In this document: positions 9,624 through 17,757 of the stretch, one piece after another
Layout of the letters: the number at the start of each line of letters is the position of its first letter
Position numbering within the stretch: the stretch's first letter is position 1
NCBI GenBank assembly: GCA_048939765.1
Contig: JBHLPF010000014.1
Coordinates: 1-24,621, forward strand
Length of the DNA: 24,621 bases
Source: Promethearchaeota archaeon
GTDB lineage: Archaea; Asgardarchaeota; Thorarchaeia; Thorarchaeales; Thorarchaeaceae
Direction: 5' to 3'
Program-made: the position numbers and the translations under genes
The notes under the pieces: generated by a model
Seen by the model: only the letters and a program-made list of their open reading frames with translations
Told to the model about the DNA's origin: nothing
Databases searched by the model: none

Positions 9624-10574
9624 TTACAAGCGATGATGGTCCCGATACCAATCCACAGTACGTTCGAGTCCCTCATCTAGGGCAACTGATGGAGTGAACT
9701 CCAGGATTCTCTTGGCTCTCTCTCCTGAGCCAATGCTCTCCTTGATGTCGCCCTGTCTTGCGGGACCATGAACAATGCTTGATTCAGATTCAGGCACCTG
9801 TGTTAAAATGCGGTTCGCCAGCTCCTGTATAGAGATTACGTCATTGCCTGCTACATTGAGTGTCTCGCCAATAGCTCGATATGACTCTCCTGCAAGCCGT
9901 GTGATCTCCACAGCATCGTCGATATGAATCAGACTTCGGGTTTGAAGTCCATCCCCATCCACCGTAATCGGGTGGTTTTGGAGTGCATTATTGGCGAAGA
10001 TTGAAACAACCCCACTGTAGGGCGAGAAAGCCTGTCTAGGCCCATAGATATTGAAATACCTCAAAATCACAGTTTCAATTCCATAGGTGTTGTGATACGC
10101 TCTGAGATACATCTCTGCAGCAACCTTTGATGCACCATAGGGGCTGAGAGGGTCGACGGGTGTCTTCTCATTGACCGGTATCTCTTCTGGCATTCCGTAG
10201 ACTGCAGCACTTGAGCTAAAGACAACTCTTCTAGCTCGATTCAATCTCGCCAACTCAAGCATTTTCAACGTGCCAGTCGCGTTGATATTATGCACAAGGA
10301 GTGGATCTTCCACAGATCGCTTGACTGATGAAATTGCTGCTAGGTGATAGATGACATCTATTTCGAAATCGAGTTGTGAGGCTATCTCATCATCCATAAT
10401 GCTGGCCGTAATAAGCTTGAATCGAGGATTCAACTGGGCTGACTCGAGATTCTTCTCCAATCCGCTGCTGAAATCGTCAAGGCCTATGACTGAATATCCT
10501 ATATCCAGCAAGTGATCAACGAGATTGCTACCGACAAATCCAGCACAGCCGGTAACAAGAGCCATTTCAACCAT
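9624..10574 (-). CDS. NAD-dependent nucleotide-sugar epimerase/dehydratase (extended SDR, GalE/WbpP-like)
   Basis: TGCAGFVG, HLAA, SSAAVYG, YGASK (YxxxK), LRYFNIYGPRQ and RQGDI. Start moved to ATG 10574 (SD GAGGGG), which removes the overlap with the GIY-YIG gene. Confidence 0.93.
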   Translation of the reverse strand: MVEMALVTGCAGFVGSNLVDHLLDIGYSVIGLDDFSSGLEKNLESAQLNPRFKLITASIMDDEIASQLDFEIDVIYHLAAISSVKRSVEDPLLVHNINATGTLKMLELARLNRARRVVFSSSAAVYGMPEEIPVNEKTPVDPLSPYGASKVAAEMYLRAYHNTYGIETVILRYFNIYGPRQAFSPYSGVVSIFANNALQNHPITVDGDGLQTRSLIHIDDAVEITRLAGESYRAIGETLNVAGNDVISIQELANRILTQVPESESSIVHGPARQGDIKESIGSGERAKRILEFTPSVALDEGLERTVDWYRDHHRL

Positions 10575-10673
10575 AGTTCTCCCCTCGCAAAGAAGCGCTC
10601 CCCCGCTATAGTCCTTTTCCCTAACGCCAAACCGATGCGTTGATGTGCTGGTATTGCAAGCTCCTATATCGAT

Positions 10674-10991
10674 ATGGCTGAATCTGAAGATGATATGACT
10701 GGCCCATTTTTCGTCTACATCATAGAAACCGTAGAAGGCACATTCTACACTGGTCAGACAAACAACCTCTATCGACGATTCACCGAACATATGTCAGGAG
10801 CCTCCAAGGGTGCCAGATATTTGCGGGCTCACAAGCCAGAATTCTTGGTGCATTTAGAGGAGTTCGAAACGCGAGGAGAAGCAATGAAGCGTGAACGTAG
10901 AATTCAAAGAAGCAGGAAGTTGAAACTTAGTCTGGTGGGTCCGCGCCGCGATATTCGTGAGGTCATAGAATCTGAAAAAAGCTACCAGTAA
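10674..10991 (+). CDS. small stand-alone GIY-YIG nuclease (UPF0213/YhbQ-like)
   Basis: FFVYII...FYTGQTNNLYRRFTEH...GARY...AMKRE. An alternative start is ATG 10695. Confidence 0.88.
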   Translation: MAESEDDMTGPFFVYIIETVEGTFYTGQTNNLYRRFTEHMSGASKGARYLRAHKPEFLVHLEEFETRGEAMKRERRIQRSRKLKLSLVGPRRDIREVIESEKSYQ

Positions 10992-11045
10992 TTTCGCGAA
11001 GCTTTCTTATCATGGATTAACACTCGAATCTCAAGGGAGTCTGGA

Positions 11046-12566
11046 ATGTCAGAACTTGTTCTTGCTATTGATGCCGGGACCACCGGCGTCCGCTCTATGT
11101 TCTTCAAACCCACTGGTGAGGTGGTTGCTAGAGCCTACGAGGAGTTTGAGAATCACTTTCCAAGGCCTTCTTGGGTTGAGCAAGAGGCATCGGATTGGTG
11201 GGTTTCCACATGTAGTACTATCTCCGCCTGCTTGAAGTCAGGCTCAGTCAAAGCAGAGCAAGTTGTTGGTATCAGTGTGACCAATCAACGTGAAACCATA
11301 GTTCCCATTGCAGAGAATGGTGAGGCTTTACGAAAGGCTATTGTATGGCAGGACCGTCGGACGGTTCCAGAGTGTGAGTGGATAAAGAACCAGATCCCAC
11401 AAGATGAAATCTATTCCATAACTGGCCTCACTGTGGATCCTTACTTCACAGCACCCAAGATACTCTGGATCAAGAGAAACCAGCCTGAGATCTTTCACAA
11501 GACTCACAAATTCTTGTTGGTCCATGACTATCTTATTTTCAAGCTCAGTGACCTGACTGTCACTGACCACTCCAATGCCAGCAGGACCATGCTCTTCGAT
11601 ATCTCGAAGGCCAATTGGTCCGGAACAATGCTTGATGGTCTAGGCATACCAAGGGATAAGCTTCCTGACCCCATTGGTTCGGGCATCAAGGTGGGAGAGA
11701 TCAGTGAGCAAGCATCCAAAGAGTCTGGCCTCATTCCTGGCACTCCGGTCGTGGCTGGCGGGGGCGACCAACAATGTGCTGCACTGGGTGTGGGAGTAGT
11801 ACGTCCGGGCTCATTCAAATCGACTACAGGCACTGGCACTTTCATGCTTGCATTCTCTGACACTCTCAAACTCGACTCGCAGCGAAGAGTCCTATGTAGT
11901 CGCCACGTGGTGCCTGACGCTTTTGTTGTGGAGGCATCAATGTTCACGACAGGCTCAGCACTACGCTGGTTTCGTGATAATCTTGGAAGCGTTGAGATTG
12001 CAGTCGCTGAGGAACAGGGAATGGATCCCTATGAAGTCATAACCGAAGGTGCAGCAGAGATTCCTGCTGGTTCTGAGGGTGTGCTCCACATTCCTCATTT
12101 TGTTGGTGCGGGAGCACCATATTGGAATCCCCACGCTAGAGCAGTCTTTGCTGGACTCGCTCTTGGCCATACAAGAAACCATCTCATGCGCGCGATCCTC
12201 GAAGGAGTATGCTACGAGATACGAACCAATCTTGATGTAATGAGAGAATTGGGGCTCTCCGTCAATGAAGTGCGTGTCACAGGCGGTGCCGCCAGGAGTG
12301 AAACTTGGATGCAGATTCAGGCCGATGTCCTCAATATTCCTGTGATTAGAACGAACATGGAGGAATCCACTGCTTTGGGTGCCGCAATATTAGCGGCCAA
12401 AGGGGTCGGGATATTCAAATCAGTGGTCGAGGCCGCAGAGGAGATGGTCTGTCCCATCACGCCTCTGACTCCAACTGAGGAGAATAGGTCAGTCTACGAT
12501 GATGGATTTGAGAGGTACAAGACCCTCTACGATTCTATCTCTGGAATCACATGGACATCAGACTAG
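11046..12566 (+). CDS. FGGY-family carbohydrate kinase, glycerol-kinase-like substrate site
   Basis: DAGTTG, TNQRET, WQDRRT, DPYFTAPK, TDHSNASRT, GDQQ, GTGTF, GAPYW and TGGAARS..WMQ.QADV. Confidence 0.92.
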   Translation: MSELVLAIDAGTTGVRSMFFKPTGEVVARAYEEFENHFPRPSWVEQEASDWWVSTCSTISACLKSGSVKAEQVVGISVTNQRETIVPIAENGEALRKAIVWQDRRTVPECEWIKNQIPQDEIYSITGLTVDPYFTAPKILWIKRNQPEIFHKTHKFLLVHDYLIFKLSDLTVTDHSNASRTMLFDISKANWSGTMLDGLGIPRDKLPDPIGSGIKVGEISEQASKESGLIPGTPVVAGGGDQQCAALGVGVVRPGSFKSTTGTGTFMLAFSDTLKLDSQRRVLCSRHVVPDAFVVEASMFTTGSALRWFRDNLGSVEIAVAEEQGMDPYEVITEGAAEIPAGSEGVLHIPHFVGAGAPYWNPHARAVFAGLALGHTRNHLMRAILEGVCYEIRTNLDVMRELGLSVNEVRVTGGAARSETWMQIQADVLNIPVIRTNMEESTALGAAILAAKGVGIFKSVVEAAEEMVCPITPLTPTEENRSVYDDGFERYKTLYDSISGITWTSD

Positions 12567-13849
12567 GGGGAATAGACTGCCATCTTGTTCCCCTTGTCGA
12601 GCACAAGGATCTTAGTGTTTGGATTCTCTGAAATCCATGCATCTATCACGGATTGAATATCGTCCACCTTGGTCAGGTGTGCCGACTCAACGGTTTCCTT
12701 AGTGAGAGTGGTGTACATCTTCACACTTGACACTCGGTTCAGCAATTCGGCGAATTTGTAGGCCTTGTGCTCATAAAGATGATATTGTCCGCTAATCGAT
12801 GCGATGACATCATTGAGGGGAGCTGTGAGTTTGTTGTAGAAATTCTCAGTGGCCTTTGGGGGTGCAATGCCATCACGGCATTCAGCCACAAACAAGACCT
12901 CTCCGCCATCAGAAACTGCGTTCTTCGTTAGCTCCAATCCTCTCTGAGCATGGTATAGGCTCTTGTCTTGTGGATAGCCACCAGGAGACACGATAATCCT
13001 GGACACCGGATCTACTGTGAAACTAGCAGTCTCATCTAGTACCTCAATTCCCCTAGCTATTACTGGCTCTAGTCGTCCCGCATCTGCCCAGACTAGACGC
13101 TTCTCACTTGAGATGACAGATAGTGTAAACGCCTTTGCATTCTTAGTCACAATCTCCATGGCCTCTCTCATATCATCAGCCAAGGGATTGGTGCGCTTGG
13201 TCGGATCAGGATGATATGGGTGTCTGCCGAAGGTTGAATTTGGGTCCAATGCCATCGAGTGATTGGCTTCAATAGTCTTGAACGCACACACGCCGGGAAG
13301 GAAGTTCTTCAATGCATTTGAGTAACCAGCAAAATAATGTGCTTTCATGTCAGTCAGGGACACATAGATGTCCTGTTTCGTTGCCAGAGCGTCGACGACA
13401 AGAGGAGTCCCTCTACTCGTGACACCAAGATCAACAACATCTTCGCTTTGGCAGTCATGTATGTGAACATCAAAGTTGCCTAAGTGTCCATCACGAGCGA
13501 CACGCTGAATCATGTCTACTATCTCGAGGTTGGCAGGATGGCTCACTTCATGCGACCCTGTAGTAATGATGAATTGAACCATGTTTGCATCAGCAAGCAA
13601 TGGAACGACTGCTGTCACAAGCTCTTTGTGTGGAGCGTCTCTAGTATGGTCCTCGACAAGGACGCAGACATTTCTACTTCTCGCAAGATCATCAAGATGA
13701 GGACCATGAGGGTTCGTCAAGACACGGGCTAGTTCTCCTTCAGTGTCAGATGAAGCAGTCACCTGTCTTGGAGTGATCTTCCCTGAAAGATTCTCATCCG
13801 GGATATTGAACTCGAGCTTGGTATCGCCGTATGATAGGTCTACCTTCAT
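12563..13849 (-). CDS. larA: LarA-family nickel-pincer-dependent 2-hydroxy-acid racemase/epimerase
   Basis: EDHTR, TGSH, HDC, GVTSRGTP, HYFAGYSNALK..LPG, ANH and GGYPQD.SLY. Substrate is uncertain. Confidence 0.85.
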   Translation of the reverse strand: MKVDLSYGDTKLEFNIPDENLSGKITPRQVTASSDTEGELARVLTNPHGPHLDDLARSRNVCVLVEDHTRDAPHKELVTAVVPLLADANMVQFIITTGSHEVSHPANLEIVDMIQRVARDGHLGNFDVHIHDCQSEDVVDLGVTSRGTPLVVDALATKQDIYVSLTDMKAHYFAGYSNALKNFLPGVCAFKTIEANHSMALDPNSTFGRHPYHPDPTKRTNPLADDMREAMEIVTKNAKAFTLSVISSEKRLVWADAGRLEPVIARGIEVLDETASFTVDPVSRIIVSPGGYPQDKSLYHAQRGLELTKNAVSDGGEVLFVAECRDGIAPPKATENFYNKLTAPLNDVIASISGQYHLYEHKAYKFAELLNRVSSVKMYTTLTKETVESAHLTKVDDIQSVIDAWISENPNTKILVLDKGNKMAVYSP

Positions 13850-13963
13850 CCTCTGTCCTCGTTCATTCTGGTGTCAATACTGCAGAAAAGCGTTGACCCT
13901 GCTGCATATTGAATTCCCTTGCGTCAGCAAGACTGATATCCGGCGAAATAGGTTTGGAGGGTT

Positions 13964-14296
13964 ATGAGCGATTCCGATGATCAAAGACAGACGGGTATGG
14001 AAGGGATGGGTCGCTATCTGGCGGTAGGCTCTGAATTGCCATGTTCCGTGATCATCATGACGTACGTAGGCTCCTTCTTAGGCGCGGCTTGGTGGGGGCC
14101 TCAAGGGGCCGTGTCTGGAGGCATTCTAGGCGCTCTGGTGGGCTTTGTGCTGGGTGTCGTTAGTGTCTATAAGACAATCGAGTACTATGATCGTCTGGAA
14201 GCTCAGGTCAGGACAAGACGCACCTACATGCCACCGCCTGAAGACCTCTATGAGGAGTTTGATCTCCCCGGCAAAGATGAGCAGTTCAATGAATGA
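13964..14296 (+). CDS. small 2-TM protein resembling AtpZ/ATPase gene-1 family
   Basis: Pattern G.EL...V.....VG..LG..W.....G.I.G..VG...G...VYK, 110 aa, SD GGAGG, and a position next to ATPase genes. Family assignment is by eye. Confidence 0.65.
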   Translation: MSDSDDQRQTGMEGMGRYLAVGSELPCSVIIMTYVGSFLGAAWWGPQGAVSGGILGALVGFVLGVVSVYKTIEYYDRLEAQVRTRRTYMPPPEDLYEEFDLPGKDEQFNE

Positions 14297-14297
14297 C

Positions 14298-14888
14298 CTA
14301 TCTCATGAATTCCTCATCGTCATCTGCATCAAGCACTTCTATGATGATCTTTGTAGCACTTCTGCCTACACCGGCTATGATTATTTGTACTAGGAGGGAA
14401 ATCATGAATGCACCCAGCGCTAGGCTGAATATCCATAATGAAACTGATTCAGCAGCCGCCACCCAGGGGGACAAGTAGTACAAGTACACTAGATACCAGA
14501 TGTAGAGCCCTGTCACAGCCATCAGAACGACAAGAGTTCCATAGAGTATGACCACCATTTTGACCTTGGGCGTATCAAACCTGACCTGCTCAATTCCGGG
14601 CCCCACCACCGCATTTCCAATCCTACGTGAAAATCTGACGAAGGCACTAATGGCGGCCAGGAAGAATATGAGAAAGATGATGCTGACCACTAGAAGGAGA
14701 AGAACCTTCAATTCATCAGCAATAGTGAAGAAGAGGTCGCCAATTGCGTATGCAGTGAGCGAACCTACCATCAGTATTACTGCCGCTATCTGGATGACAA
14801 ATGTGATGGTGGCAGAGTTTCTGAACATACTCCCAAGGTCGAAGTAATCATCACGCCTTGGCATGATTTCGTCAATATCTTCCGTCAT
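14298..14888 (-). CDS. hypothetical 4-TM membrane protein with acidic termini
   Basis: Four hydrophobic stretches in two pairs; N-terminus MTEDIDE and C-terminus DADDDEEFMR. Start moved to ATG 14888, leaving room for divergent promoters. Confidence 0.7.
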   Translation of the reverse strand: MTEDIDEIMPRRDDYFDLGSMFRNSATITFVIQIAAVILMVGSLTAYAIGDLFFTIADELKVLLLLVVSIIFLIFFLAAISAFVRFSRRIGNAVVGPGIEQVRFDTPKVKMVVILYGTLVVLMAVTGLYIWYLVYLYYLSPWVAAAESVSLWIFSLALGAFMISLLVQIIIAGVGRSATKIIIEVLDADDDEEFMR

Positions 14889-14962
14889 AGCGACCAACTG
14901 GATTGCACCAGCGTACCCAGTTATTTGAATTCTTCTACTATCTGCCCTTTCTTTCCCTTCGT

Positions 14963-14974
14963 CAACCTTTATAT
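14963..14974 (+). promoter_or_regulatory. putative BRE/TATA promoter of atpC-atpK
   Basis: CAACCTTTATAT about 55 nt upstream of the atpC ATG. A similar (A/C)AAC(C/G)TT(T)AT pattern occurs at 17671, 23209 and 24088. Confidence 0.55.
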
Positions 14975-15029
14975 CCCGCATGCATTGAAAAATCGTAATC
15001 CCGCCGACCAAAAATCACGGTGTTTCAAG

Positions 15030-16094
15030 ATGGGCTCAAGGGCTGCGAATGAATACGGCTACATCAACGCAAGGATTAGAGGCATGAAGTCTCGATTTCT
15101 GACCGTCGGCGATTACGAACGACTTCTGCAGTCTGCCAGCTATGAGGACTTCATGAGGACTCTGGGTGGGACCTACTATGGTCCCATAATCAATGCAGAG
15201 TTCCCACGGGGGATTCCTGATCCAGCTGACCTTGGATTAGTACTCTCCAAGGATTTCGCAGATATTAGCTACCGGCTCATTAGATCACTCAGTGGTCGAG
15301 TACGTGAATTCACCGAGACCTATCTCAATATGTTCTTGGCGGAGAGCATCAAATCCATCATCCGTGGACTTCATGTAGAGCTCGAACGTGACGAGATATT
15401 GAGATTCCTTGTGCCGACTTCTCCAGAACAGGCAAGCGAGTTCGAACAGTTAGTTGATGCGGGCTCGGTCAAGAAAGCCATCGACATCTTGCCCTACTGG
15501 GATGTCAAGATTGCCCTTCTGACAAAGCTTCCTGCCTACGAGGAGTACGAGGCTACAGCCCCTCTAGAGGTTGCAGTAGAGGAATGGTACCTTCGAACAG
15601 TCATGGACGCACTAAAGCAGTTCTCCTCTGAGGATCAGAGTCGCGTTCTAGACGTCCTAGAGGCAAGAGTTGATCTCAGAAACATCTTGACACTGATTAG
15701 AGCACTTGTTCTGCAGCTAGAGCCAAGAGTCATTGATATGTCCCTAATACGGTTCACTCGAAAGTCGCAGGCCATAGTCGAGCTCATCGAGGTTTCCTCG
15801 TCCTGGCGTGAAATCTTCAATAAGCTAGGTTCTACCAGATATGGTCAGCTTGCGGGAAGGTTGGCACGGATCTACGAAGACACAAATGATCTCTCGGAGG
15901 TCGAGCTGGCAATCGAGGACTACATTGCAAAACGGGTGAAGCTCCAACTTACAGCTTTTCCATTTCACATTGGAACTGTATTGGGGTTCTTCAATCTCAA
16001 GTACTATGAGATTCGAAACATTCGATCAATAGCTGTTGGGACGGAACGGGGTCAACCCCCAGAGGACATCAGACGAATGATAACCATTTGGTGA
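15030..16094 (+). CDS. atpC: A/V-type ATP synthase subunit C (eukaryotic d homolog)
   Basis: N-terminal YGYINARIRGMKSRFL, internal D.RNI, and C-terminal GFFNLKYYEIRNIRSIAVG. Start moved to ATG 15030. Confidence 0.92.
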   Translation: MGSRAANEYGYINARIRGMKSRFLTVGDYERLLQSASYEDFMRTLGGTYYGPIINAEFPRGIPDPADLGLVLSKDFADISYRLIRSLSGRVREFTETYLNMFLAESIKSIIRGLHVELERDEILRFLVPTSPEQASEFEQLVDAGSVKKAIDILPYWDVKIALLTKLPAYEEYEATAPLEVAVEEWYLRTVMDALKQFSSEDQSRVLDVLEARVDLRNILTLIRALVLQLEPRVIDMSLIRFTRKSQAIVELIEVSSSWREIFNKLGSTRYGQLAGRLARIYEDTNDLSEVELAIEDYIAKRVKLQLTAFPFHIGTVLGFFNLKYYEIRNIRSIAVGTERGQPPEDIRRMITIW

Positions 16095-16175
16095 ACGGAG
16101 GACAACATTTAGAAAGAGGAGATTAACCCGAAAACTTCAGACTAACGATGACAATTTGGTAATTGGAGGACAACA
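16044..16175 (+). repeat. degenerate tandem duplication (period 68 nt) of the atpC 3' end plus RBS
   Basis: 16044-16107 and 16112-16175 align without gaps, 45/64 identical by hand count. They translate as ERGQPPEDIRRMITIW* and ERGD*PENFRLTMTIW*, each followed 2 nt later by GGAGGACAACA. Confidence 0.8.
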
Positions 16176-16179
16176 ATCA

Positions 16180-16566
16180 TTGAAATTCAATACAAGGACA
16201 ACCAAACTATTGATGATAGGATTAGGAGCAGTTGTGAGTGCTTTGTTTGTAGCACTGTTCTATGCTACACCGGTGAAGGCTGCTGGCGTTCCGGGTTCAG
16301 GGTTTGTGCCGTTGCAGACCACTGAAGGAGCAGGAATGGCCATTCTTGGACTTGCAGTTGGCGCAGGTCTTGCTATTGGCCTGGCAGGTATTGGCGCTTC
16401 CTTGGGAATGGGTACTGCGTCTGCAGCAGCACTAGGTGCAATCACAGAGAAACCAGAAACATTTGGTAAGAGCATTCTCTACGTCGTATTTATTGAGGCT
16501 GTTGCCATCTATGGTTTCGTTATTGCATTCTTGCTCATCGGGTCCATTTCAAGCCTCATAGGTTAA
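16180..16566 (+). CDS. atpK: A/V-type ATP synthase subunit K/c (single-hairpin proteolipid) with N-terminal signal-like extension
   Basis: GLAGIGASLGMG, EKPETFGKS and FIEAVAIYG (ion-binding Glu). TTG 16180 has SD GGAGGA at 16165-16170. Confidence 0.95.
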   Translation: MKFNTRTTKLLMIGLGAVVSALFVALFYATPVKAAGVPGSGFVPLQTTEGAGMAILGLAVGAGLAIGLAGIGASLGMGTASAAALGAITEKPETFGKSILYVVFIEAVAIYGFVIAFLLIGSISSLIG

Positions 16567-16580
16567 AGTAATCAGCATTG

Positions 16581-16615
16581 GTAGAGGAAGGATGGGGGTT
16601 CCCTATTTCCTCTAC
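16581..16615. terminator. stem-loop between convergent atpK and atpE
   Basis: GTAGAGGAA (16581-16589) pairs with TTCCTCTAC (16607-16615). After a GG bulge there is an inner ATGGGG/CCCTAT stem with a GTT loop. Confidence 0.55.
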
Positions 16616-17238
16616 TCTGAGCCCTTCTCAGTGAAGAGGGTCGATGCAACTCGCCCCCTCAAGTCAGTATCGAAGCGATTCTTTCTAGCATCGTATGTGT
16701 TATCTACCCACTTGGTGCCATCCTTAGCTCGAACAAGCACTCCGCCTGTAGCTCTGATTGTTTCCTTTGAAATGGCTACGCTTGTCTTGACGCCTGATTC
16801 TTTTGTGATTGCCTTTGCGAGTTCAGCAGCGGTCAGGCTGACTTTCTGCCCCTCAGGAAGGACTAGTTCCAGTTCCGTTTCCTGGAGAGATGCTCCAGCA
16901 TCAACTGCTAGATTGAAAACGGTCTTGTCGTACTTCTTGTCGAGAACGCTCTTCTCCAGTTTATTCCAAGCAGTCTCAAACACTTCATCCATTATTGTTT
17001 CCTTACTCTCCAGAAGGCGGTACTTTGCCTGCAGTTTGGCACTGGCGCGATACTTGGTGAGTTCTGCATCAGCTTCACGCTCTGCCTTTCCTGCAATCTG
17101 TTCTGTAATGGATTTGGCACGTTCTTTTGCCCTCTCGATTCGCTGTTTCTTGAAATCCTCCGCCTCGGTGATGATCCTGTCACACTCGGCTTCAGTCTTT
17201 GACTTGATTATCTTGATGATGTTATTGACGCCTTCCAT
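16612..17238 (-). CDS. atpE: A/V-type ATP synthase subunit E (peripheral stalk)
   Basis: N-terminal charged coiled coil, C-terminal GGVLV...DG..WVDNTYDAR...LF, and ATPase context. Confidence 0.93.
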   Translation of the reverse strand: MEGVNNIIKIIKSKTEAECDRIITEAEDFKKQRIERAKERAKSITEQIAGKAEREADAELTKYRASAKLQAKYRLLESKETIMDEVFETAWNKLEKSVLDKKYDKTVFNLAVDAGASLQETELELVLPEGQKVSLTAAELAKAITKESGVKTSVAISKETIRATGGVLVRAKDGTKWVDNTYDARKNRFDTDLRGRVASTLFTEKGSE

Positions 17239-17241
17239 ACG

Positions 17242-17565
17242 CTATTCCTCCCCCGTTATCACCTTGTAGACAATGTCGATAGCCTTTTTGACTTCGCCAC
17301 GAGCGGAGATTTCAATCTCTGCGATCTTCTTTTCGGTTTCTTTGAGGACCTTCTGCTCAATCTCCATTCTCCTAGCTTCTAAACTATCTCTGGAACGTTG
17401 GGCGGCCATCTTCGCTTCCTTCTCTGCGGTCTCAATGATGTCCTTTGCTTCCTTTTCCGCGCTCTCTCGCATCTTTTTGGCTCTAGCTTCAGCCTCTTCG
17501 AGCTGCTTCCTTGCAGCTTCTTCAGCCTCATGGATTTGGTCAATCTCTTCGTGAGCAGCACACAT
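17242..17565 (-). CDS. atpH: A/V-type ATP synthase subunit H/G (peripheral stalk)
   Basis: About 107 aa A/E/K/R-rich coiled coil (I.EAEEAARK.LEEA..RA...A.KEA), directly upstream of subunit E. ATG 17565 is preceded by SD GGTGAGG. Confidence 0.85.
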   Translation of the reverse strand: MCAAHEEIDQIHEAEEAARKQLEEAEARAKKMRESAEKEAKDIIETAEKEAKMAAQRSRDSLEARRMEIEQKVLKETEKKIAEIEISARGEVKKAIDIVYKVITGEE

Positions 17566-17670
17566 TACTGCATACCTCACCTGTTGCAGGTTGTCGTTTT
17601 CACTTCTTATACCCCTGATAAAGATTCACCTTTGCTCCAGAATATGATTCGACTGCGTACTTGCCTTTCA

Positions 17671-17681
17671 CAACGTTTATC
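17671..17681 (+). promoter_or_regulatory. putative TATA element of atpI in the divergent atpH/atpI intergenic region
   Basis: CAACGTTTATC. A counterpart GAATCTTTATC lies on the minus strand near 17617-17627. Confidence 0.4.
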
Positions 17682-17757
17682 TTTACCATAAAGTGGCACA
17701 ATCTAACTGGCTTCGCCAATAATCTAAAGAAGCTGGCTCATTCCAAAGGTGAAACGT

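Noticed and set aside
10575-10790. N-terminal extensions in the ORF track (epimerase from 10790; also atpC from 14925, 4-TM gene from 15011, wHTH from 22917)
   Set aside because: They overlap neighbouring genes or promoters. Downstream starts match family N-termini and/or have SD sequences.
10674-10991. GIY-YIG gene as a homing endonuclease or mobile element
   Set aside because: It is a short stand-alone nuclease domain with no DNA-binding extension, no interrupted host gene and no terminal repeats.
13875-13911. Imperfect inverted repeat CAATACTGCAG...CTGCATATTG between larA and the AtpZ-like gene
   Set aside because: It needs a bulge and a 16-nt spacer and has no second copy, so chance cannot be excluded.
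16581-16615. Hairpin as a SECIS element
   Set aside because: Neither flanking gene has an in-frame TGA, and the SECIS core motifs are not convincing.
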